From NCBI GenBank assembly GCA_964360175.1, contig CAYHUI010000004.1, positions 1 to 49,321 of the forward strand: DNA of 49,321 bases, given 5' to 3'. The notes under the pieces are model-generated. The model made no database searches and was not told the origin of the DNA. It worked only from the letters and a program-made list of their open reading frames with translations. Every line of letters begins with the position of its first letter. Position 1 is the first letter of the stretch. Below, one piece after another: positions 45,091 to 49,321 of the stretch. The stretch is from Candidatus Woesearchaeota archaeon. GTDB lineage: Archaea > Nanobdellota > Nanobdellia > SCGC-AAA011-G17 > CAYHUI01. The position numbers and the translations under genes are program-made.

Positions 45091-45241
45091 CTCTTTTAGA
45101 AAGACTTTTAAATATATTCTATTTTCAATAGTAAAAGGAATGTAGGTAGTAGCTTACCTGAACCTTTAAAATAAACTTTCTTTAAAAAAGAAACGTTAAC
45201 GAAAGAAAGTTTTAATCAAGAGATTAATGGAGGCTAATTAA

Positions 45242-45817
45242 ATGGGATTATATTCTAGATTAAGAAATTTACATAAAAAATCTATTTTAAAAGAACTACA
45301 AAGAACTAGATTAATAGAATGGAGAAAAGAACCTGTTATAAAGAGAATAGAACATTCGACTAGATTAGATAGAGCAAGATCTTTAGGCTATAGAGCAAAA
45401 CAAGGTTATATCTTGGTAAGAGTTAGAGTTAACCGTGGCGGTAGAAAAAGACCAAGTATCAAAGCAGGTAGAAAACCTAGACATTACAGGCATAAAAAAA
45501 TCGTTGGTAAAAGTTATCAGTGGGTTGCAGAAGAAAGAGTAGCAAGAAACTTTCCAAATTTAGAAGTATTGAATTCTTATATTAGCGGTAAAGATGGAAT
45601 ACATTATTGGTTTGAATGTATTTTAATAGATGTGAATCATCCTGTTATAAAATCAGATCCAAAAATAAATTGGATATGTAGTAATAAAAATAGACGTAGG
45701 GTATTTAGGGGTTTAACAACAGCTGGAAAAAGAAGCAGAGGAATCTTAACACATAAAGGAAAAGGTGCAGAAAAGCTCAGACCAAGTTTAAGAGCAAAGG
45801 GAGGATTAGCAAAATAA
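45242..45817 (+). CDS. rpl15e: Ribosomal protein L15e (eL15)
   Basis: [48 protein letters not shown] ... typical L15e; SD ggagg upstream. Confidence 0.9.
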   Translation: MGLYSRLRNLHKKSILKELQRTRLIEWRKEPVIKRIEHSTRLDRARSLGYRAKQGYILVRVRVNRGGRKRPSIKAGRKPRHYRHKKIVGKSYQWVAEERVARNFPNLEVLNSYISGKDGIHYWFECILIDVNHPVIKSDPKINWICSNKNRRRVFRGLTTAGKRSRGILTHKGKGAEKLRPSLRAKGGLAK

Positions 45818-45818
45818 T

Positions 45819-46844
45819 ATGATCCCTCCTGAAAAATTGGAAGAAATTAAAGATTATTTAACAAAATCAACCAATCCTTTATTCTTTTTTGATGGCGATT
45901 GTGATGGGATTTGTTCTTATTTATTACTTAAAAAATTTATAGATAGAGGAAAAGGTGTTATTGTTAAAGATTCTCCGATATTAGATATAGCTTATGAAAG
46001 AAAAATAGAAGAGTATTATCCGGATTTTGTTTTTGTTTTAGATAAACCTATAATAACTCAAAATTTTATAGATAAAGTAAATGTTCCTTTAATATGGTTA
46101 GATCATCATCCTATTGTTAAAAGAAATGGCATACATTACTATAATCCTAGATTAGAAAATACGAAAGATAATAGGCCGACTTCTTATTGGTGTTATAAAA
46201 TAACCAAACAAAATTTGTGGATTGCAACTTTAGGTTGTATAGCTGATTGGTTTTTACCGGAATTTGCTAAAGATTTTTCAAAAGATTATCCAGATTTATT
46301 GCCTAAAGATATAAAAAAAGCAGAAGATGTTTTATTCAATACGAGGATAGGTAAATTAGTTAGAATAGTAAATTTTAATTTAAAGGGTAGAACTTATGAT
46401 GTTATGAAATCTGTAAATATCTTATCAAGAATAGAAAGTCCTTATGAAATATTAGATCAAACAACTCCAAGAGGAAAATTTATTTTTAGGATAGGAGAAA
46501 AAATGAATAAAAAATATGATAATTTACTGGAAAAAGCTCTGAAAAATAAACCTAAAGGTAAATTATTTATGTTTGTATATAATACTGAAAAAATTAGTTT
46601 TAGTGAGGAATTAGCAAATGAATTACATTACAGATTACCGTATGAAATTACTTTAATTGCGGGAGAAATGAAAGATCGTGTAAAAATTAGTTCAAGAAGC
46701 AAAACAGTTATACTCCCTAAAATAATAGAAAATGCATTGAAAAATGTAGAAGGTTATGGTGGTGGTCACGATCATGCTTGTGGTTCTAACATCAATAAAA
46801 GAGATTTCGATAGATTTGTAGATAATATTAAAGAACAATTATAA
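45819..46844 (+). CDS. DHH family phosphoesterase (RecJ-like)
   Basis: FFFDGDCDGICS (motif I/II), WLDHHP (DHH), and GGGHDHACG (DHHA1 GGGH). Confidence 0.75.
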   Translation: MIPPEKLEEIKDYLTKSTNPLFFFDGDCDGICSYLLLKKFIDRGKGVIVKDSPILDIAYERKIEEYYPDFVFVLDKPIITQNFIDKVNVPLIWLDHHPIVKRNGIHYYNPRLENTKDNRPTSYWCYKITKQNLWIATLGCIADWFLPEFAKDFSKDYPDLLPKDIKKAEDVLFNTRIGKLVRIVNFNLKGRTYDVMKSVNILSRIESPYEILDQTTPRGKFIFRIGEKMNKKYDNLLEKALKNKPKGKLFMFVYNTEKISFSEELANELHYRLPYEITLIAGEMKDRVKISSRSKTVILPKIIENALKNVEGYGGGHDHACGSNINKRDFDRFVDNIKEQL

Positions 46845-46884
46845 AATCGAAACTTTTTTTAATTAGCTTTCTTAGATTTAATAC

Positions 46885-47391
46885 ATGCCAGATCAGATAA
46901 TTGTAGTACCAGCTGTAAAACTTAAATGGAAAGGAATTTTTGATTTCGAAGGACTATATAAAAAAATGAAGTTTTGGTTAGAGTTTCAAGGGTATGGCGA
47001 CGAGAGAAAAAATTTTAGAGAAGAAAAATATGTAGAGCAAGTTAAACCTACTGGAAAAATATACGAAATAGTATGGAAAGGAGAGAAAAATATTAGCGAT
47101 TATTTTAGTTTTATCATAAAAATTACTTTTCTTGGTTTGAATATAGAACAAGTAGAAACACAAAAGGAAGGCAAAAAAGTTAAAATGAGTAAAGGCGAAA
47201 TTGAAATAAAGTTTACAGCAATTTTAGTTAAAAATAGACAAAACAAATGGAAACCTGATAGTTTTATAAAGAAAATTTATGAAAATTTTATATCTAGAGA
47301 TAGAATAGAAGAATATAAGATAGATATTTATAAAAAATTATATGAATTGCACGACGAAGTAAAAGCTTATCTTGATTTAAGTAGATTATAA
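46885..47391 (+). CDS. Hypothetical protein
   Basis: 168-aa ORF with no recognisable motif. Confidence 0.4.
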   Translation: MPDQIIVVPAVKLKWKGIFDFEGLYKKMKFWLEFQGYGDERKNFREEKYVEQVKPTGKIYEIVWKGEKNISDYFSFIIKITFLGLNIEQVETQKEGKKVKMSKGEIEIKFTAILVKNRQNKWKPDSFIKKIYENFISRDRIEEYKIDIYKKLYELHDEVKAYLDLSRL

Positions 47392-47471
47392 TTTTAAAAA
47401 TAAATAAGTTTAAATATTAGTTGATATTAAATTTATTAAACTCAAAATTTTTCCAAAGGAGGTTGACATTA

Positions 47472-47498
47472 ATGGCAGGAAGAAAAAAGAAGAGATAA
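47472..47498 (+). CDS. Candidate 8-aa Arg/Lys-rich micro-ORF (MAGRKKKR)
   Basis: Strong SD aaggaggt 7 nt upstream, a TATA-like gtttaaatatt ~55 nt upstream and a T-rich tract downstream. The architecture matches 14587..14634. Confidence 0.2.
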   Translation: MAGRKKKR

Positions 47499-47596
47499 TA
47501 ATATAAATTAATAGATAATTTTTATTTTCTTTTTTGATTTCTCTTAAAATTTCGATAATAGAAAATAATATAAGTCATTTATTTCTAGTATTAAAT

Positions 47597-49321
47597 ATGT
47601 TTAAAGTAAAATTTATTATAATAATATTAATTATTTTACTAACGTTTAATGTAGTAGCTCAAGAAATACATGAAGAAAATTACAACGATTTACAAAGTTT
47701 AATAATTAAAGTAGAAATTTCCGGAGATATAGAATCCGTTAAAACAAATCCAGGTTCGATCTTTAAAAAATTAAACGCTAATTTAGCTTTATTTCCAAGG
47801 CAAGATGAAAGACAACAAATTATATCTTTAGGTTTAAGTTCAACACCAACATCTAAAATTGTTAGAGAAGATGTTATTTCATACGAATGGGAAGAACTTT
47901 CTGATAAGTTTAATTTTGATCTAAAATCTAATGTTAAAACCAGTAATATTTTTTATAAAGTTCCAAGGTTGAAATTTCCAATAACAAATTTAGACGAGGA
48001 TATAAAAAAATATGCTGAGCCAACAGAATATATAGATATAAATCAGGATATAATAAATAAAGCTTCTGAAATAGTAGAAGGAGAAACAGATCTTTTTACA
48101 GCAGTTTTTAAAATAGCAGACTGGACTAAAAAAAATATAGAATATGATTTAAATACATTAACAGCTGAAGTTGTACAAAAGTCAACATGGGTTTTAGAAA
48201 ATAAAGTTGGGGTTTGTGATGAGATGACAAGCTTATTTATTTCTATGTTAAGAGCTGTTGGAATACCTGCAAGATTTGTTACAGGAATGGTTTATACTAA
48301 TTTGAATTATGAGTGGGGTGCTCACGGTTGGGCGGAAGTTTATTTCCCAGAAGTAGGTTGGGTACCATTTGATGTTACATTTGGCCAATACAGTTGGATT
48401 GATCCAAGTCATGTTAAGTTAGCAGATAATTTTGATTCAAAAGATCCGGCTGTTAGATATCTTTGGGAATCTAGGAATATTGATATGAAAATACAACCAT
48501 TAAACATTAAAACAAATTTAGTTAGTAAGAGTAATAAAATAAATTCTGTATTTGAAATGCAAGCTGAAGCTTTGGCAAATAAAGTAGGACCAGGAAGTTA
48601 TGTTCCAGTACAAGTAACTATTACTAATCCTAACGATTATTTTTTAAGTAGTAGTTTAACTGTAATTACAGCTCCTGAATTGCTTGGAAATAATTTTAGA
48701 GAGATACTACTAAAACCAAAACAACAGAAAAGTATTTTTTGGATTGTTAAAATTCCAGAAGAAATAGATGAAACCTACTTATATAAAACTAAATTTAAAA
48801 TTATAGATTTGTTTGGTTCAGAATCTTCTGATGATATAGAATATGCGTCTATATATAATATTAATACTTTAGAAGATGCAGAATCAGTAATTAAAATTTT
48901 AAGCGAGGAGGAAGAAAAAACTTATTCGATAGACTTAAAATTAAATTGTAATACTATAAAATCTTATTATTATACTTATGAGACTCCCGGAATAAAATGC
49001 GATCTTAAAAATACAGGAAATACTTTATTAAAAGATTTAAATGTTTGTTTAGAAAATAACTGTAATAAATTAGATTTAAGAATAGGTCAAGAAAAAGAAA
49101 TTAATTTTATTTTAAACGAAATAGACCAAAACAGATTTTTAATAAATGCAAAAAATGATGATGTAGATTTAAATAATATTGTTATATTAAAACTTTTTGA
49201 GAAACCTGATTTAAGAATTACTAATCTAGAAATCCCAGAAGAAGTCAACTATAAAGAAAATTTTGAATTAAATTTTGATTTAACTTCAGAAGTTTTAATT
49301 AAAGATTTAAATATAAAAGCT
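47597..49321 (+). CDS. Secreted transglutaminase-like protein, 3'-truncated by the window edge
   Basis: Open frame from the ATG at 47597 to the window end (575 codons). Signal peptide MFKVKFIIIILIILLTFNVVAQ. Transglutaminase core GVCDEMTSLFISMLRAVGIPARFVTG ... GAHGWAEVYFPEVGWVPFDVT. Confidence 0.8.
   Translation, partial: MFKVKFIIIILIILLTFNVVAQEIHEENYNDLQSLIIKVEISGDIESVKTNPGSIFKKLNANLALFPRQDERQQIISLGLSSTPTSKIVREDVISYEWEELSDKFNFDLKSNVKTSNIFYKVPRLKFPITNLDEDIKKYAEPTEYIDINQDIINKASEIVEGETDLFTAVFKIADWTKKNIEYDLNTLTAEVVQKSTWVLENKVGVCDEMTSLFISMLRAVGIPARFVTGMVYTNLNYEWGAHGWAEVYFPEVGWVPFDVTFGQYSWIDPSHVKLADNFDSKDPAVRYLWESRNIDMKIQPLNIKTNLVSKSNKINSVFEMQAEALANKVGPGSYVPVQVTITNPNDYFLSSSLTVITAPELLGNNFREILLKPKQQKSIFWIVKIPEEIDETYLYKTKFKIIDLFGSESSDDIEYASIYNINTLEDAESVIKILSEEEEKTYSIDLKLNCNTIKSYYYTYETPGIKCDLKNTGNTLLKDLNVCLENNCNKLDLRIGQEKEINFILNEIDQNRFLINAKNDDVDLNNIVILKLFEKPDLRITNLEIPEEVNYKENFELNFDLTSEVLIKDLNIKA

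Noticed and set aside
1-49321. CRISPR arrays, rRNA genes, SRP or RNase P RNA
   Set aside because: No regularly spaced direct repeats were seen. The only GC-rich structured islands were the three tRNAs and the DGR VR/TR.

Overview
This is an AT-rich archaeal chromosome segment (roughly 28-30% GC by eye). Its gene content fits a small-genome DPANN-type archaeon. A Pacearchaeota/Woesearchaeota-like origin is only a guess.

The housekeeping backbone includes:
- the ftsZ-secE-spt5-rpl11 cluster, sepF, prefoldin beta, rpoP and rpl37ae;
- rpl1-rpl10-rpl12, rpl15e and rpl40e;
- aIF5A, Dph2, Orc1/Cdc6 and TFE;
- GlyRS, LeuRS and AlaRS;
- three tRNAs on the minus strand.

These are interleaved with many secreted or C-terminally anchored Cys-rich surface proteins, small membrane proteins and decaying gene fragments.

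Main findings:
1. A complete diversity-generating retroelement (DGR) sits at the left edge, with VR 461-550, TR 847-954 and RT 979-2052. All 12 VR/TR mismatches fall on template adenines. The TR also carries an 18-nt in-frame block that the VR lacks.
2. A bacterial-type LeuRS carries a ~183-aa YdeN/RBBP9-like serine hydrolase domain, with an apparently intact Ser-Asp-His triad, inserted at the entrance of the CP1 editing domain.
3. tRNA-Pro(UGG) has a 23-nt intron at the non-canonical 53/54 position. A bulge-helix-bulge fold predicts exactly those junctions.
4. aIF5A has Arg in place of the hypusine lysine.
5. A holin-like peptide plus amidase_2 cassette lies next to two tRNA genes.
6. An archaeosortase-like gene lies near C-terminally anchored surface proteins.
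7. Smaller items include tiny Arg/Lys-rich micro-ORFs with strong Shine-Dalgarno (SD) sequences, a MITE-like 91-bp element with a 9-bp target-site duplication (TSD), and a frameshifted ndk.

No rRNA genes or CRISPR arrays were seen. All family assignments come from motif recognition by eye, because no database search was possible.
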